Counted from the stretch's first letter, positions 48,360 to 60,442 are shown. The stretch is DNA of 64,000 bases from a bacterium (GCA_030698395.1 JAUYKW010000008.1:1662-65661), one strand, 5' to 3'. Numbers and translations are program-made. Notes: generated by a model from the letters alone, not told the origin.

Positions 48360-50495
48360 ATGTCAAATACTGAATTTAATCTCAAGAATGTGCGTAATAT
48401 CGGAATCATTGCACATATTGATGCTGGTAAAACAACTACTACTGAGCGTGTTTTGTTTTATACTGGAAAAAAACATAAGATTGGTGAAGTTCATGAAGGT
48501 GAAGCAGAAATGGATTGGATGGAACAGGAACAAGAGCGTGGTATTACAATTACATCTGCGGCAACAACAGCATTTTGGAAATTACCAGAATTTTTAGGTG
48601 GCGGTGAAGCGTGGATAAATATTATTGATACTCCAGGTCATGTAGATTTTACTGCAGAAGTAGAGCGTTCTCTGCGTGTTTTAGATGGAGGAGTTGTGGT
48701 ATTTGATGGAGTAGCTGGAGTGGAGCCACAATCAGAAACAGTTTGGCATCAAGCAGAAAAGTATAAGGTGCCAAGAATTTGTTTCATTAATAAGTTAGAT
48801 AGAACAGGTGCTGATTTTTATAAAGATGTTGATTCTATCCACGATCGTTTAACTAAACTTGCATTTCCAATTCAATTACCAATTGGAACTGAAGAAAACT
48901 TTAGTGGAGTAGTGGATTTAATCGAACAAAAGGCATTTATATATAAAGATGATTTAGGACAAGATATTGAAGAAGTCGAAATTCCAGAGGACATGAAGGA
49001 GAAAGCAGCAGAATATCGTAGTGCAATGCTTGATGCTGTAGTTGAACAGGATGAAGAGTTAATGAATTCATATTTAGATGGCACGGAGCCAACTCCAGAT
49101 CAGATTAGAGTAATGATGCGTAAAGGTGTGATTGCAAATGAATTCATTCCTATTATGTGTGGTACTGCTTTAAAGAATAAAGGAGTACAGCGTTTATTAG
49201 ATGCTGTAACGGCATTTTTACCATCTCCTTTAGATTTACCAGATGTTAGTGGTCATGATTATAAAGATGAAGAAAAAGAGCTTTCTTTTTCAGCTGATGC
49301 ATCTGGACCTTTGGCTGCTTTAGCATTTAAAGTTGCAACTGACCCGTTTGTGGGTAAATTAATTTTTGTGCGAGTGTATTCTGGTACATTAAAATCTGGA
49401 TCATATGTGTTTAATGCTACTACAGGTAAGAAAGAAAGAATTTCTAGAATTGTTCGTATGCACGCAAATAGCCGTGATGAGATTGATGAAATTCGAGCTG
49501 GAGACATTGCAGCAGTAGTAGGATTAAAGGAAACAGTTACTGCAGATACTTTGTGTGAACCAGAGAATCCAGTTATTCTTGAAAAGATTGTATTTCCAGA
49601 ACCAGTAATTTCGGTCGCTATTGAACCAAAAACTAAGTCAGATCAAGAAAAAATGTCAATTGCTTTACAGAAGCTTGGTGAAGAGGATCCCACCTTTAAG
49701 GTGGAGTCTAATGAGGAAACAGGGCAAACCTTAATTTCTGGAATGGGTGAGTTGCATTTAGAAATTCTAGTAGAACGCATGAAGCGTGAATTTACCGTAG
49801 AAGCAAATGTTGGAGCACCGCAGGTTGCATATCGTGAAACTATTAAAAAGATGGCTGACGCCGAAGGTAAGTACATTAAACAGTCTGGTGGACGTGGTCA
49901 GTATGGTCATTGCTTCTTAACTATCGAGCCATTAACCGATGAAGATAGAGGTGAAGATACAGATATGACATTTATGTTTATAGACAAGGTTAAGGGTGGT
50001 CGGATTCCAAAAGAATTTATTGGTCCGATTCAAAAAGGTGCACGCGAAGCTATGGATAAAGGTGTGTTAGCAGGATATCCATTATTGAATGTTAAAGTAA
50101 CAGTTACTGATGGTAGTTATCATGATGTGGATTCTTCGGAAATTGCATTTAAGATGGCTGGAATAATGGCATTTAAATCAGCTGTACAAAAGGCTGATGC
50201 TGTAATTCTAGAACCAGTTATGAAAACTAGCGTTATTACTCCAGAGGATTATATGGGTGATGTAGTTGGTGATTTGAACTCAAAACGTGGCCAGATTTTA
50301 GAGATGGGTGATCGCGGAAAAGCGAAGGTTATTGAAGCATTGGTGCCTTTAGCAGAAATGTTTGGTTATTCTACTTCACTGCGTTCCATGACCCAGGGTA
50401 GAGCATCTTATTCTATGCAGTTTGAGAAGTATGATGAGGTACCAAGAAATATTATGCAAGAATTAATGGAGAAACACACTACTGGAGATAAGTAA
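48360..50495 (+). CDS. fusA: Elongation factor G
   Basis: [43 protein letters not shown]. Confidence 0.98.
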   Translation: MSNTEFNLKNVRNIGIIAHIDAGKTTTTERVLFYTGKKHKIGEVHEGEAEMDWMEQEQERGITITSAATTAFWKLPEFLGGGEAWINIIDTPGHVDFTAEVERSLRVLDGGVVVFDGVAGVEPQSETVWHQAEKYKVPRICFINKLDRTGADFYKDVDSIHDRLTKLAFPIQLPIGTEENFSGVVDLIEQKAFIYKDDLGQDIEEVEIPEDMKEKAAEYRSAMLDAVVEQDEELMNSYLDGTEPTPDQIRVMMRKGVIANEFIPIMCGTALKNKGVQRLLDAVTAFLPSPLDLPDVSGHDYKDEEKELSFSADASGPLAALAFKVATDPFVGKLIFVRVYSGTLKSGSYVFNATTGKKERISRIVRMHANSRDEIDEIRAGDIAAVVGLKETVTADTLCEPENPVILEKIVFPEPVISVAIEPKTKSDQEKMSIALQKLGEEDPTFKVESNEETGQTLISGMGELHLEILVERMKREFTVEANVGAPQVAYRETIKKMADAEGKYIKQSGGRGQYGHCFLTIEPLTDEDRGEDTDMTFMFIDKVKGGRIPKEFIGPIQKGAREAMDKGVLAGYPLLNVKVTVTDGSYHDVDSSEIAFKMAGIMAFKSAVQKADAVILEPVMKTSVITPEDYMGDVVGDLNSKRGQILEMGDRGKAKVIEALVPLAEMFGYSTSLRSMTQGRASYSMQFEKYDEVPRNIMQELMEKHTTGDK

Positions 50496-50496
50496 T

Positions 50497-50611
50497 AAAG
50501 ACCTCCCCTCCCAACCCTCCCCTCCTAATAGGAGGGGAGGTCTTTTTTTATATTTTAAATCCCCCTCTTTATAGGAGGGGGAAATAGGGGGAGGTCGCGA
50601 CCTACCCCTAC
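50497..50611. repeat. Cluster of C/G-rich palindromes (REP-like), also acting as the fusA terminator
   Basis: aaagacctcccctcc/ggaggggaggtcttt, internal cctcccctccta/taggaggggagg, tccccctc/gaggggga, aggtc/gacct. Confidence 0.55.
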
Positions 50612-50636
50612 ATTTCATTTCTGGTATAGTAAACAC

Positions 50637-51878
50637 ATGCTCTCATTTTTATCAAAATATGCTCATCCATTTGAAAAGCAGGTAGATACTTTCTTCAAGC
50701 ATATTTCTAGTACCAGCGATCCGCAAAAGGTGCATAAATCAATTGAGCGTCTGTTGCAGAAAAATGTTGTAGTAGTAAACCTTTGGATGGAAAAACGATT
50801 TAAAAATTATCGTTATTTGTCTAATGCTAAGCGGAAGAAGTTATATGCAAATACTGAAACTATAGTTGAAGCTTTTATAAAATTTCAAGAAGCACACAAA
50901 TCAAATCCTGATAATTTACATCAAATTTTTATAACTCATCAAGTATCGTATCCAGAACAATATTCTGAACACCTTGCTTATATAGATGCGATTATGAACT
51001 TTCTGAAACCAGGAGGTAATTATCATTATATTAAGTCCGCTACTTTCGGAAAACTACTTCAAAATCCAGCACAGGGAAAGTTAACGGGGGATTGTAATCA
51101 AATAGTTACTTTATATGTTTATCTATATTCATTGAAATATCCGATTACTGATTTACAGATTAAAATTCTTCCAGAACATGTATGTTTGCACTTCAAAGGT
51201 ATTGATATAGAGGCTACAACAGCTACATTCACAAAATATACAGAATTTGATTATACGGCACCTATTAGCGAGCTTTTATCCGTTAATTTACTGGATGTAT
51301 CTGATTTTCGGGAGACTACTGCTACTATTTCTGAGCATTCCATCGTGAAAAGTGCTGAATTAGCATATACAGTTAGTAGTATGCGAGAATTGGTGACTAG
51401 AAATTTACGAATTTCGTATCATAATCTGGCATTAGTAACTACTGAACGGAAAAATTTTAAAACAGCAATGTTTTATGCAAAGAAAAATGGAGATCAGAAA
51501 TTATTGGAATATGTGAATTATCGTGCAACTATGCATTATGTAGAAAATAAAATGTACGACAAAGCTCGGTATTATGCAAAGCAATCTGGAGATGCAAAAT
51601 TAAATTCGTTTGTGATTACAAATGAGGCTAATAGGTATTTGAAGAAGGGAAGTTATAAGAAAGCCAGAGGAATTTATCAAAAAGTTGGAGATGCGAGAAT
51701 GGTTCAAGTTACTTATCAACAGGAATATAATTCTTTAGTAAAAACTGTACAAGCGTTAAAAACAGTTGAGCAAATGAAGAAGCGCAAAACAACATATCGA
51801 ACTTTATTGCAGTTGGCACAAAAAGGGGGATTGAGCGAACAGATGAATCAAATCAGAAATGTGTTAAAACAGCTGTAA
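50637..51878 (+). CDS. Transglutaminase-like domain protein with helical-repeat C-terminus
   Basis: GDCNQ...PEHVCL...IEAT putative Cys-His-acid triad; TPR-like helices. Confidence 0.55.
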   Translation: MLSFLSKYAHPFEKQVDTFFKHISSTSDPQKVHKSIERLLQKNVVVVNLWMEKRFKNYRYLSNAKRKKLYANTETIVEAFIKFQEAHKSNPDNLHQIFITHQVSYPEQYSEHLAYIDAIMNFLKPGGNYHYIKSATFGKLLQNPAQGKLTGDCNQIVTLYVYLYSLKYPITDLQIKILPEHVCLHFKGIDIEATTATFTKYTEFDYTAPISELLSVNLLDVSDFRETTATISEHSIVKSAELAYTVSSMRELVTRNLRISYHNLALVTTERKNFKTAMFYAKKNGDQKLLEYVNYRATMHYVENKMYDKARYYAKQSGDAKLNSFVITNEANRYLKKGSYKKARGIYQKVGDARMVQVTYQQEYNSLVKTVQALKTVEQMKKRKTTYRTLLQLAQKGGLSEQMNQIRNVLKQL

Positions 51879-52034
51879 TTTTGCATATTATGGTATATTT
51901 TTGACATTGTGTCAATAATTTAGCTAATTAAACTACTTATCCACAGCTTTTAAATAGGTCCTTTCTTTACAGGGTTATGAATGTTGTTATAATAGCTTGG
52001 CTATTTTAACTTGATAACAACAATATTTTTCAAT

Positions 52035-53225
52035 ATGGCCGAAACTTTTGATCGCTCAAAACCACATTTAAATGTGGGAACACTGGGTCACGTAGACCAC
52101 GGTAAAACAACAACAACAGCAGCTATTTTATCTGTTTTAAACAAACAGGGTGGAGTTGCTCAGGATAAAAGCGTTGACCAAATTGATAACGCTCCTGAAG
52201 AAAAGGAACGTGGTATTACAATTAATACCGCTCATGTAGAGTATGAGACTGAAAATCGTCATTATGCTCATATTGATTGTCCAGGACATGCTGATTACAT
52301 TAAAAACATGATTACTGGTGCCGCTCAGATGGATGGTGCTGTTCTTGTAGTATCTGCATCTGATGGACCTATGCCTCAGACTCGTGAGCATATCTTATTA
52401 GCTCGCCAAGTAGGTGTGCCTGCGTTCGTTGTATTTTTAAACAAGGTTGATCAAGTTGAAGACGAAGAATTATTAATGTTGGTAGAAGAAGAGATTCGTG
52501 ATTTATTAACCAAATATGAATTTGATGGTGCAAATACACCAATTATTCGTGGTTCAGCTCTTAAAGCACTAGAAAATAAAGATGACGAATCTGCAACAAA
52601 ACCAATTGTTGATCTTTTAGCTGCTCTTGATGAATTCATTCCAGAACCAAAACGTGATGTTGATAAAGACTTCTTAATGGCTATTGAGGATGTAATGTCT
52701 ATCGAAGGTCGAGGAACAGTAGTTACTGGAAGAATTGAAAGCGGAATTATCAATGTTGGTGGTGAGGTTGAAATTGTTGGTGTTAGAGACACTACTAAAA
52801 CAACTGTAACTGGCATTGAAATGTTTAATAAAACATTAGATGAAGGTAGAGCAGGTGATAATGCTGGTATTTTGTTACGTGGAACAAAGAAAGAAGATGT
52901 TGAACGTGGACAAGTGCTTGCAAAACCAGGAACTGTTACTCCTCATACAGAATTTGAAGCAGAGGTGTATGTTTTATCAAAAGAAGAAGGTGGTCGACAC
53001 AAACCATTTATATCTGGTTATAAACCACAATTCTATATGCGTACAACTGATGTAACTGGTGAAGTTTTCTTACCTGAAGGAACTGAAATGGCTATGCCTG
53101 GAGATACATTAAATGTAACAGTTAAATTAATCGTGCCAGTAGCAATTACTGATAAACAAACTTTTTCAATTAGAGAAGGTGGACATACTGTAGGTGCTGG
53201 AGTAGTAACAAAGGTTGTAAAATAA
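52035..53225 (+). CDS. tuf: Elongation factor Tu
   Basis: [26 protein letters not shown]; start set to ATG 52035. Confidence 0.98.
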   Translation: MAETFDRSKPHLNVGTLGHVDHGKTTTTAAILSVLNKQGGVAQDKSVDQIDNAPEEKERGITINTAHVEYETENRHYAHIDCPGHADYIKNMITGAAQMDGAVLVVSASDGPMPQTREHILLARQVGVPAFVVFLNKVDQVEDEELLMLVEEEIRDLLTKYEFDGANTPIIRGSALKALENKDDESATKPIVDLLAALDEFIPEPKRDVDKDFLMAIEDVMSIEGRGTVVTGRIESGIINVGGEVEIVGVRDTTKTTVTGIEMFNKTLDEGRAGDNAGILLRGTKKEDVERGQVLAKPGTVTPHTEFEAEVYVLSKEEGGRHKPFISGYKPQFYMRTTDVTGEVFLPEGTEMAMPGDTLNVTVKLIVPVAITDKQTFSIREGGHTVGAGVVTKVVK

Positions 53226-53228
53226 TAA

Positions 53229-53573
53229 ATGTCCGATACTAAGACTGACAATAAAACTGAGGAAGATTTTCAGCAGCGAATCAGAGTAAAGATTAGATCT
53301 TACGACAGTAAAATCATCGATCAGTCTAGTAAAACTATTCTTGAAACAGCGCAACGAACTGGGGCCAAAGTACGTGGTCCCATTCCGTTGCCAACGGAGC
53401 GTAATCGGTATACGGTTATGCGATCAACTTTTGTTCACAAAACTGCTCGTGATCAATATGAAATACGAGTACACAAGAGATTGATCGACATTTACAGCCC
53501 AACAGCAAAAACTATTGATGAACTGTCGCATTTGAATCTACCGGCTGGTGTGGACGTAGAAATAAAAATGTAA
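53229..53573 (+). CDS. rpsJ: 30S ribosomal protein uS10
   Basis: [23 protein letters not shown]. Confidence 0.97.
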   Translation: MSDTKTDNKTEEDFQQRIRVKIRSYDSKIIDQSSKTILETAQRTGAKVRGPIPLPTERNRYTVMRSTFVHKTARDQYEIRVHKRLIDIYSPTAKTIDELSHLNLPAGVDVEIKM

Positions 53574-53788
53574 AATAAAAAAAATTAATAATAAGTTTTT
53601 ACTCGGTTACCGGTAGTGATCTTCAAAAAGAAGGAAGATATCAACCATCAATCGTATAGAAACAAGGAGAATAATTAATAAAAAATAATACCTCAATAAT
53701 CAATATGATCAATAGCTGTGATGTAACCACATCAAAAATATTATTCCGGTTTGGTTTGGGTGCATAACAGCTTTTTTTAATGCAAAAT

Positions 53789-54397
53789 ATGAAAAAATTT
53801 ATTGTTGGAAAGAAAATTGAAATGACGCAGATTTACAATGACAGTGGAAATGTCGTTCCTGTTACTGTGGTTGATATTCAACCATGTGTTGTGACACAAG
53901 TAAAAAATAAAGAAACTGATGGATATATTGCAGTACAAGTGGGTTATGGAGTACAAAAGAAATCAAGAATTGCAAAACCACAACAAGGACACACAAAAGA
54001 TGTGGGATATTTTGCAGGGTTTAAAGAGTTCCGAACAGCAGAGGAGTATAAAGTTGGAGATAAGATTGATGTATCTCAATTTGAATTAGGTGATGAAGTA
54101 AAAGTTTCTGGAGTTAGTAAAGGTAAAGGTTTCCAAGGTGTAGTAAAGAGATATGGTTTTAAAGGTGCTCCTAAAAGTCATGGTACTAAAGATCAAGTAC
54201 GGATGCCTGGATCAATTGGTGCTACAGGACCGCAAAGAGTATTTAAAGGTACTAGAATGGGTGGTCAAATGGGAAATCAAGGATCTACAGTTTCTAATTT
54301 AACAGTTGAAAAAATTGATATTGAAAAGAATCAAGTTTATCTACGCGGTGCTGTTCCTGGTGCGCGAAATTCATTAGTAACGATCTATTGTAATTAG
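53789..54397 (+). CDS. rplC: 50S ribosomal protein uL3
   Basis: GKKIEMTQ, SKGKGFQGVVKR, PGSIG, GAVPG. Confidence 0.96.
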   Translation: MKKFIVGKKIEMTQIYNDSGNVVPVTVVDIQPCVVTQVKNKETDGYIAVQVGYGVQKKSRIAKPQQGHTKDVGYFAGFKEFRTAEEYKVGDKIDVSQFELGDEVKVSGVSKGKGFQGVVKRYGFKGAPKSHGTKDQVRMPGSIGATGPQRVFKGTRMGGQMGNQGSTVSNLTVEKIDIEKNQVYLRGAVPGARNSLVTIYCN

Positions 54398-54398
54398 T

Positions 54399-55064
54399 AT
54401 GGCAAACGTAAAAGTATACAATGTAAAAGGTGAAGTAGTTGGAGATCTAGAATTGGATCCAAAGATTTTTGAAGTAGCCGCAAAGAAAACTGTTATTCAT
54501 CAAGTTATGGTTGCACAGGGCGCAAATAGTCGCCAAGTAGTTGCTCACACAAAAACTCGTGGTGAAGTACAAGGTGGTGGTAAAAAACCATGGAAGCAAA
54601 AAGGTACCGGTAGAGCACGACACGGGTCTATTCGTTCACCATTATGGAAGGGTGGGGGAGTAACCTTTGGTCCAAGAAAGGATCGTAACTATACAAAACA
54701 AGTTAACAAAAAAATGAAGCTAGTTGCGTTACGCATGGTACTGTCTGATAAAGTGGCTCATGATCATTTGATTATAGTAGATAGTTTTGATATGCCTGAG
54801 ATGAAAACAAAGCAAATGAAAGAAGCATTGTCTAAATTACCATCAGCAAATGAAAAGAATTTAGTAGCTTTAGGAGCAAGGCAAGAGGCAGTTATTCGTT
54901 CAGCAATGAATTTGCCAAAAGTTAATTGTATTGCTGCGGATAGTTTGAATGTAGTGGATTTATTGAAATATGACTATTTAGTAATAGATCAAGCAGGTGT
55001 GGAGAAAGTGCAACAAGTTTTTGGAGTGCATGATAAAAAAATAGTTGAAAAAGCAAAAGCATAA
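54399..55064 (+). CDS. rplD: 50S ribosomal protein uL4
   Basis: KPWKQKGTGRARHGS. Confidence 0.97.
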   Translation: MANVKVYNVKGEVVGDLELDPKIFEVAAKKTVIHQVMVAQGANSRQVVAHTKTRGEVQGGGKKPWKQKGTGRARHGSIRSPLWKGGGVTFGPRKDRNYTKQVNKKMKLVALRMVLSDKVAHDHLIIVDSFDMPEMKTKQMKEALSKLPSANEKNLVALGARQEAVIRSAMNLPKVNCIAADSLNVVDLLKYDYLVIDQAGVEKVQQVFGVHDKKIVEKAKA

Positions 55065-55066
55065 TT

Positions 55067-55573
55067 ATGGGAATTTTAGATAAAATCAAAAAATCAAAAC
55101 CACAAGCAACTGATGAAAAACAGAAGGATGCTGTTGTTAAATCTGATGATAAGAAAGAAGTAGAAAAGGATGTGGTTGCTAAAGATAAGAAAGTTGATAC
55201 CGATAAGTCTGGAGAAAAGAAAGGTTTATTAGGAAAACTTAAAAAAGATACAAAAGATGATTCTGCAAAAGTTAGTTCAAAAAAGTTAACTGCTGCTCAA
55301 GTACAAGCTATTAAAATCCTGTTGCAACCAATTGTTACTGAAAAATCTACAATGACAGGAACGTACACATTTAAAGTAAAATATGATACTAGCAGAAATG
55401 AAGTAAAGAAAGCCTTTAGTGCCATGTACGGTAAAACTCCGAGAAAAGTAAATGTGATGAATGTTAGAGGAAAAAAAGTAACTTTTGGTAGAATTGAAGG
55501 CAAACGTGCTAATTGGAAGAAAGCAGTAGTTTATTTAAAAAAAGGGGAGACAGTTGATATTTTTGTAGATTAA
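55067..55573 (+). CDS. rplW: 50S ribosomal protein uL23 with N-terminal Lys/Asp extension
   Basis: PIVTEKS...WKKAVVYL; position in the operon. Confidence 0.92.
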   Translation: MGILDKIKKSKPQATDEKQKDAVVKSDDKKEVEKDVVAKDKKVDTDKSGEKKGLLGKLKKDTKDDSAKVSSKKLTAAQVQAIKILLQPIVTEKSTMTGTYTFKVKYDTSRNEVKKAFSAMYGKTPRKVNVMNVRGKKVTFGRIEGKRANWKKAVVYLKKGETVDIFVD

Positions 55574-55575
55574 TT

Positions 55576-56418
55576 ATGGGAGTTAAAGTATACAAACCAA
55601 CAACACCAGGAAGACGTAAATCTAGCGTAGATGATTTTGCTGATATTACTAGAAATACTCCTGAAAAAAGTTTAACTGTACCGATTAAACGAACTGGTGG
55701 TAGAAATAATCAGGGTAAAATTACAGTACGTCATCGTGGTGGTGGAGCAAAACGTCGATATAGAATCGTTGATTTTAAACGTTTGAAATTTGATGTTGAA
55801 GCAACAGTAATTACTATTGAATATGATCCAAATAGAAATGCCCGTATAGCACTTATTGAGTACACTGATGGAGTAAAAGCATACATGGTTGCTCCTCATC
55901 AATTACAGGTTGGTGCAAAAGTTATCTCATCTCAGTCACAGTTAGAAATTGAAATTGGAAATCGTATGCCTATAGGTTTTATTCCTGCTGGTATAACAGT
56001 TTATAATGTAGAGTTACAGCCTGAAAAAGGTGGAACAGTTGCAAGATCTGCAGGAAACGGTATTGTAGTGATGTCCGCAGAAGGGGATTTCGTACAAGTA
56101 CGAATGCCATCTGGAGAGATTAGAATGTTTAATAAAAAATGTTCAGCAACAATCGGACAAGTTAGTAATCCAGAATACAGAGGAATTAGATGGGGAAAAG
56201 CTGGTCGTATGCGACTAAAAGGTCGTCGACCAACAGTACGTGGTAAAGCAATGAATCCTGTAGATCATCCTCATGGTGGTGGAGAAGGTAATCAGCCTAT
56301 CGGATTGAAGCATCCAAAAACTGCACAAGGTAAACCTGCACTTGGCGTTAAGACGCGTAATCCTAATAAGTCATCTAATAAATTCATCCTAAAGAGAAGG
56401 AAGAAGAGAAAGAAATAG
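55576..56418 (+). CDS. rplB: 50S ribosomal protein uL2
   Basis: [23 protein letters not shown]. Confidence 0.98.
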   Translation: MGVKVYKPTTPGRRKSSVDDFADITRNTPEKSLTVPIKRTGGRNNQGKITVRHRGGGAKRRYRIVDFKRLKFDVEATVITIEYDPNRNARIALIEYTDGVKAYMVAPHQLQVGAKVISSQSQLEIEIGNRMPIGFIPAGITVYNVELQPEKGGTVARSAGNGIVVMSAEGDFVQVRMPSGEIRMFNKKCSATIGQVSNPEYRGIRWGKAGRMRLKGRRPTVRGKAMNPVDHPHGGGEGNQPIGLKHPKTAQGKPALGVKTRNPNKSSNKFILKRRKKRKK

Positions 56419-56419
56419 T

Positions 56420-56707
56420 ATGGGAAGAAGCTTAAAAAAAGGGCCATTTATAGATGATAATTTGTTGAAAAAAGTTCAACAGGCTAAAAGTGGTGACAAT
56501 TCAAAAGTAATAAAAACTTGGTCAAGATCATCAACGATTACTCCGGAAATGGTTGGATTAAAGTTTGGTGTACATAATGGCAAGAATTTTATTGAAGTGT
56601 TAGTTACTGAAAATATGGTAGGTCATAAGTTAGGTGAGTTTTCTCCAACCAGAACCTTTAGAGGACATGGTGGAAAAATGGCTAAAGAACAAGCTAAGGA
56701 TTCATAG
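56420..56707 (+). CDS. rpsS: 30S ribosomal protein uS19
   Basis: [19 protein letters not shown]. Confidence 0.97.
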   Translation: MGRSLKKGPFIDDNLLKKVQQAKSGDNSKVIKTWSRSSTITPEMVGLKFGVHNGKNFIEVLVTENMVGHKLGEFSPTRTFRGHGGKMAKEQAKDS

Positions 56708-56719
56708 TATTAGATTTAT

Positions 56720-57250
56720 ATGGAAGTTAAAGCAAAATTACGAAGATTACGCATGGCACCACGAAAAGTGAGAGTTGTTGCTGATGAAATCAGAGGTTTA
56801 TCTGTTGATGCTGCAGAGAAGAAGTTAGAGGGTCTAACAAAGAGAGCTGCGATGCCGGTTTTGAAATTAGTAAAATCTGCTGTAGCGAATGCGGAACATA
56901 ATCAAAAATTGAAGAAAAATGATTTATTTATTAAAACTATAAGAGTTGATGAGGGTGTTACTTTAAAGAGATGGAAACCAAGAGCATTTGGTAGAGCTGC
57001 TCCAATTAGAAAGAGATCATCACAAATATTGTTAGTTTTAGATGTTACTGATGAAGCAAAGCAGGCTACTCAAGTAAAACAAGTAACTGCTAAAAAAGAG
57101 AAACCCGTAAAGGATGAAATAGCTAAAAAAGCAGATGTGAAGAAAGATTCAGAAAAGGAAGAAAAAATAAAGAGTGAAACAAACAAAAAAGAAGTTAACG
57201 AAGAGGATAAAACAACTGATAATTCTGAAACAACTAATAAAAAAAGCTAG
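56720..57250 (+). CDS. rplV: 50S ribosomal protein uL22 with C-terminal extension
   Basis: APRKVR, SAVANA, PRAFGRA. Confidence 0.95.
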   Translation: MEVKAKLRRLRMAPRKVRVVADEIRGLSVDAAEKKLEGLTKRAAMPVLKLVKSAVANAEHNQKLKKNDLFIKTIRVDEGVTLKRWKPRAFGRAAPIRKRSSQILLVLDVTDEAKQATQVKQVTAKKEKPVKDEIAKKADVKKDSEKEEKIKSETNKKEVNEEDKTTDNSETTNKKS

Positions 57251-58066
57251 ATGGGAAAGAAAATAAATCCAGTAATATTAAGAATCAATACCACGGCTAA
57301 ACCGTTGTCTCGTTGGTTTGCGAATAAACAAACTTTTGCAGATTATTTACAACAAGATGTTCAGTTACGAAAAATGATTGCAACTCATTTGAAAGATAGT
57401 GGTGTTTCTAGAATTGAAATTAAGAGATCAAGTGATAAAGTAATATTGGTTATTTATACATCAAAACCTGGTGTAATTATTGGGCGAAGTGGTTCAGGAA
57501 TTGATGAATTAAAGAAACGGATCAAAAAGCAATTCTTTGGATCAGAAAAAGTAAAGATTAATATAGAAATTGAAGAAATTCGGCAGCCAGATTTAGACGC
57601 AGCATTGGTAATGCAAAGTATCGCATATCAGTTAGAAAAACGTGTTCCTTTCCGGAGAGCTATGAAAAGGGCTGTTGATTCAGTAATGCAGGCTGGTGGT
57701 AAGGGAGTAAAAGTTATATGTGCTGGAAGATTGAATGGTGTTGAAATTGCTCGAACGGAAACTTTAGTGAAGGGTTCTATTCCAACTCATACATTGCGAG
57801 CAAATTTAGATTACTCACGAGGAGCTGCTAATACAATTTATGGAAAAATTGGTATAAAAGTATGGATTTTTAAGGGATTGGTATTTGGTGACGAACCTGA
57901 GCAAGAAAGTAAGAGACCAAGACAGAGAAATCAAAGAAAACCACGTCCAAAAAAACAAGATCCAGATGTAAAGAAATCAACTCGAAGAAAAAAGCGAACT
58001 ATTGTTAAAGGTACTGTAAAAAACACTGAGGAATCTAAAAAAAGTAGTCCAGAAGTAGTCAACTAA
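57251..58066 (+). CDS. rpsC: 30S ribosomal protein uS3
   Basis: KPGVIIG, GRLNGVEIAR, YGKIGIKVWI. Confidence 0.96.
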   Translation: MGKKINPVILRINTTAKPLSRWFANKQTFADYLQQDVQLRKMIATHLKDSGVSRIEIKRSSDKVILVIYTSKPGVIIGRSGSGIDELKKRIKKQFFGSEKVKINIEIEEIRQPDLDAALVMQSIAYQLEKRVPFRRAMKRAVDSVMQAGGKGVKVICAGRLNGVEIARTETLVKGSIPTHTLRANLDYSRGAANTIYGKIGIKVWIFKGLVFGDEPEQESKRPRQRNQRKPRPKKQDPDVKKSTRRKKRTIVKGTVKNTEESKKSSPEVVN

Positions 58067-58086
58067 GGTAATATTTTGAAATAATT

Positions 58087-58494
58087 ATGTTAACACCAAG
58101 AAAATTAAAACACAGAAAGTGGCACCGAGCGAAGGTGAGGGGAATTGCTACAAAAAACACGACATTAGGTTTTGGTGATTATGGATTAAAAGCTATTACT
58201 GGTTCATGGATAACAGCAAGACAAATTGAGTCAGCGCGTAGAGCAATGACAAGATTCGTTCAGCGTGGTGGAAAGATTTGGATTAGAATATTCCCACATC
58301 ATCCAGTTACCTTAAAAGGTGGTGAAATCAGAATGGGTGGTGGAAAAGGAGCAGTTGATCATTTTATTGCAGAAGTTAAGCCTGGATCAATGTTGTTTGA
58401 AATGGGTGGTGTAACTGAAGAGCAGGCAATAGAGGCATTGCGGTTAGCTGCACATAAATTGCCAGTTAAAACCAAATTTGTAAAGAAAAATTAA
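58087..58494 (+). CDS. rplP: 50S ribosomal protein uL16
   Basis: [22 protein letters not shown]. Confidence 0.97.
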   Translation: MLTPRKLKHRKWHRAKVRGIATKNTTLGFGDYGLKAITGSWITARQIESARRAMTRFVQRGGKIWIRIFPHHPVTLKGGEIRMGGGKGAVDHFIAEVKPGSMLFEMGGVTEEQAIEALRLAAHKLPVKTKFVKKN

Positions 58495-58498
58495 TAGT

Positions 58499-58684
58499 AT
58501 GAAATACAACGAGTTGAAGCAAAAATCTAAAGCTGAATTACAGGAATTACTTGTAAAATCAAGAGCAGAGCTACAAGCTGCGAGATTTAAAGATAGCAAT
58601 CAACAGTTAGCAAATGTTAGACAGATAAGAGTGTTGCGACAAGAGGTTGCACGAATTTTAACACTAATAAATCAAAGCTCGTAA
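58499..58684 (+). CDS. rpmC: 50S ribosomal protein uL29
   Basis: [13 protein letters not shown]; position in the operon. Confidence 0.9.
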   Translation: MKYNELKQKSKAELQELLVKSRAELQAARFKDSNQQLANVRQIRVLRQEVARILTLINQSS

Positions 58685-58950
58685 TGACTAAAGATAATAA
58701 AGTAACAAAAAGGCGTTTTCAAGGTGTGGTGGTTTCCGATAAAATGGATAAGACTATTGTTGTAAAAGTAAATCGTGTAAGAGTTCATGCTATTTATAAG
58801 AAACGCTATACTACTAGCAAAAAATACAAAGTACATGATGAAGCAAATAGATACAAAACAGGTGATGTAGTCGATTTCATGGAATGTAGACCACTTAGTA
58901 AAGATAAGAAATGGAGAGTAATTTACCCGGGAGATAAAGAGAAGCAATAA
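58684..58950 (+). CDS. rpsQ: 30S ribosomal protein uS17
   Basis: [18 protein letters not shown]. Confidence 0.96.
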   Translation: MTKDNKVTKRRFQGVVVSDKMDKTIVVKVNRVRVHAIYKKRYTTSKKYKVHDEANRYKTGDVVDFMECRPLSKDKKWRVIYPGDKEKQ

Positions 58951-58985
58951 TTTTATAAGTTTAAAGTCACAATCAATATAAATCT

Positions 58986-59357
58986 ATGATCCAAGTTGAG
59001 TCAAAAATGAGAGTAACAGATAATAGCGGTGCTAAAGTAGTGCAGTGTATTAAGGTACTTGGAGGAAATAGTAAAAGATATGCTCGAGTGGGTGATATTA
59101 TCACAGTAGCTGTTAAAGAAGCGCAACCACACACACAAATGAAGAAAGGTCAGGTGGCTCATGCAGTTATCGTTAGAACAAAGAAGGAAATTAGACGAAA
59201 AGATGGTAGTTATATTAGATTCGATGATAATGCTTGCGTAATTGTTGATAAAAACTCAAAGGAACCAAAAGGTACAAGAATATTTGGTCCGATTCCTAGA
59301 GAGATTAAGGCGCACGGTTTTAATAAAATCGCTTCCTTAGCACCAGAAGTTTTATAA
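58986..59357 (+). CDS. rplN: 50S ribosomal protein uL14
   Basis: DNSGAK, IRFDDNA, GTRIFGP, SLAPEVL. Confidence 0.97.
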   Translation: MIQVESKMRVTDNSGAKVVQCIKVLGGNSKRYARVGDIITVAVKEAQPHTQMKKGQVAHAVIVRTKKEIRRKDGSYIRFDDNACVIVDKNSKEPKGTRIFGPIPREIKAHGFNKIASLAPEVL

Positions 59358-59364
59358 TAATTAT

Positions 59365-59676
59365 ATGAAGATAAAAAAAGGAGATACAGTAAAAATAATG
59401 GCGGGAAAGGATTCAGGAAAAACTGGAAAGGTTATTCAAATTTTGCCAAAGGATATGAAAGTTGTAGTTGATGGTGTTAATCAGGTTATTAAACATATGA
59501 AATCTCAAAGAAAAGAAGAAAAAGGTCAGAGATTTGAATTTTTTGCGCCTGTAGATGTTTCAAATGTACAGTTAATTGATGAAAAATCAAAAAAAGTAAT
59601 TCGAGTTGGTTATAAATTCTTGGAGAATGGACAGAAAGTAAGAATCTCAAGAAAAACTGGACAAGAACTTGATTAA
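59365..59676 (+). CDS. rplX: 50S ribosomal protein uL24
   Basis: KKGDTV..MAGKD.GK.G, SNVQL. Confidence 0.96.
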   Translation: MKIKKGDTVKIMAGKDSGKTGKVIQILPKDMKVVVDGVNQVIKHMKSQRKEEKGQRFEFFAPVDVSNVQLIDEKSKKVIRVGYKFLENGQKVRISRKTGQELD

Positions 59677-59686
59677 AATTAAAATC

Positions 59687-60235
59687 ATGAATGTATTAAA
59701 AGAACAATATAAAAAAGATATAGCACCGCAGCTCAAAAAAGAGTTTGAGATTAAAAATGCGATGGCTGTTCCAAAGTTAACTAAGATAACAGTTAATGTT
59801 GGCGTTGGTCGTGCAGCTGGAGACAAGAAAGTAATTGAAAATGTAGTTAGTAATATCACTAGAATTACCGGACAAAAACCTGTATTAGTTAAAGCTAGAA
59901 AATCTATTTCAAATTTTAAGCTTAGAGAAGGAATGATAGTTGGAGTAATGGTGACTTTAAGAGGAAAGAGTATGTATGATTTCATGTATAAATTAGTGAA
60001 TATCACCTTACCTCGAGTTCGTGATTTTCAGGGTATTGATCCAAAGGCTGTTGATACAGATGGAAACTTGAATATTGGTTTTAAAGAGCATATTGTGTTT
60101 CCAGAAATTAGCTCAGATGAAGTGGAGAGAGTTCATGGATTAGAAGTAGCGGTAACTACGTCAACGACAAGCCGAGAACAAGGTTATAGGCTACTTGAAT
60201 TAATGGGAGTACCTTTTAAGAAAAAAAATAAATAA
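59687..60235 (+). CDS. rplE: 50S ribosomal protein uL5
   Basis: [26 protein letters not shown]. Confidence 0.97.
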   Translation: MNVLKEQYKKDIAPQLKKEFEIKNAMAVPKLTKITVNVGVGRAAGDKKVIENVVSNITRITGQKPVLVKARKSISNFKLREGMIVGVMVTLRGKSMYDFMYKLVNITLPRVRDFQGIDPKAVDTDGNLNIGFKEHIVFPEISSDEVERVHGLEVAVTTSTTSREQGYRLLELMGVPFKKKNK

Positions 60236-60236
60236 T

Positions 60237-60422
60237 ATGGCGAAGAAATCTCTAATTGCAAAAGCAAAGCGTAAACCTAAATTTTCGACTCGAAAAATAA
60301 ATCGATGTTGGAGATGTGGGAGAAACAGAGGATATATGAGAGATTTTAATTTGTGTCGGATTTGTTTCCGGGAGTTAGCTGAAAAAGGCGCAATTCCAGG
60401 AATGAGACGAGCCAGCTGGTAA
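60237..60422 (+). CDS. rpsN: 30S ribosomal protein uS14, zinc-binding short form
   Basis: RCWRCGR...LCRICFRE. Confidence 0.96.
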   Translation: MAKKSLIAKAKRKPKFSTRKINRCWRCGRNRGYMRDFNLCRICFRELAEKGAIPGMRRASW

Positions 60423-60442
60423 TTAATAAATAAAGCACTAAG

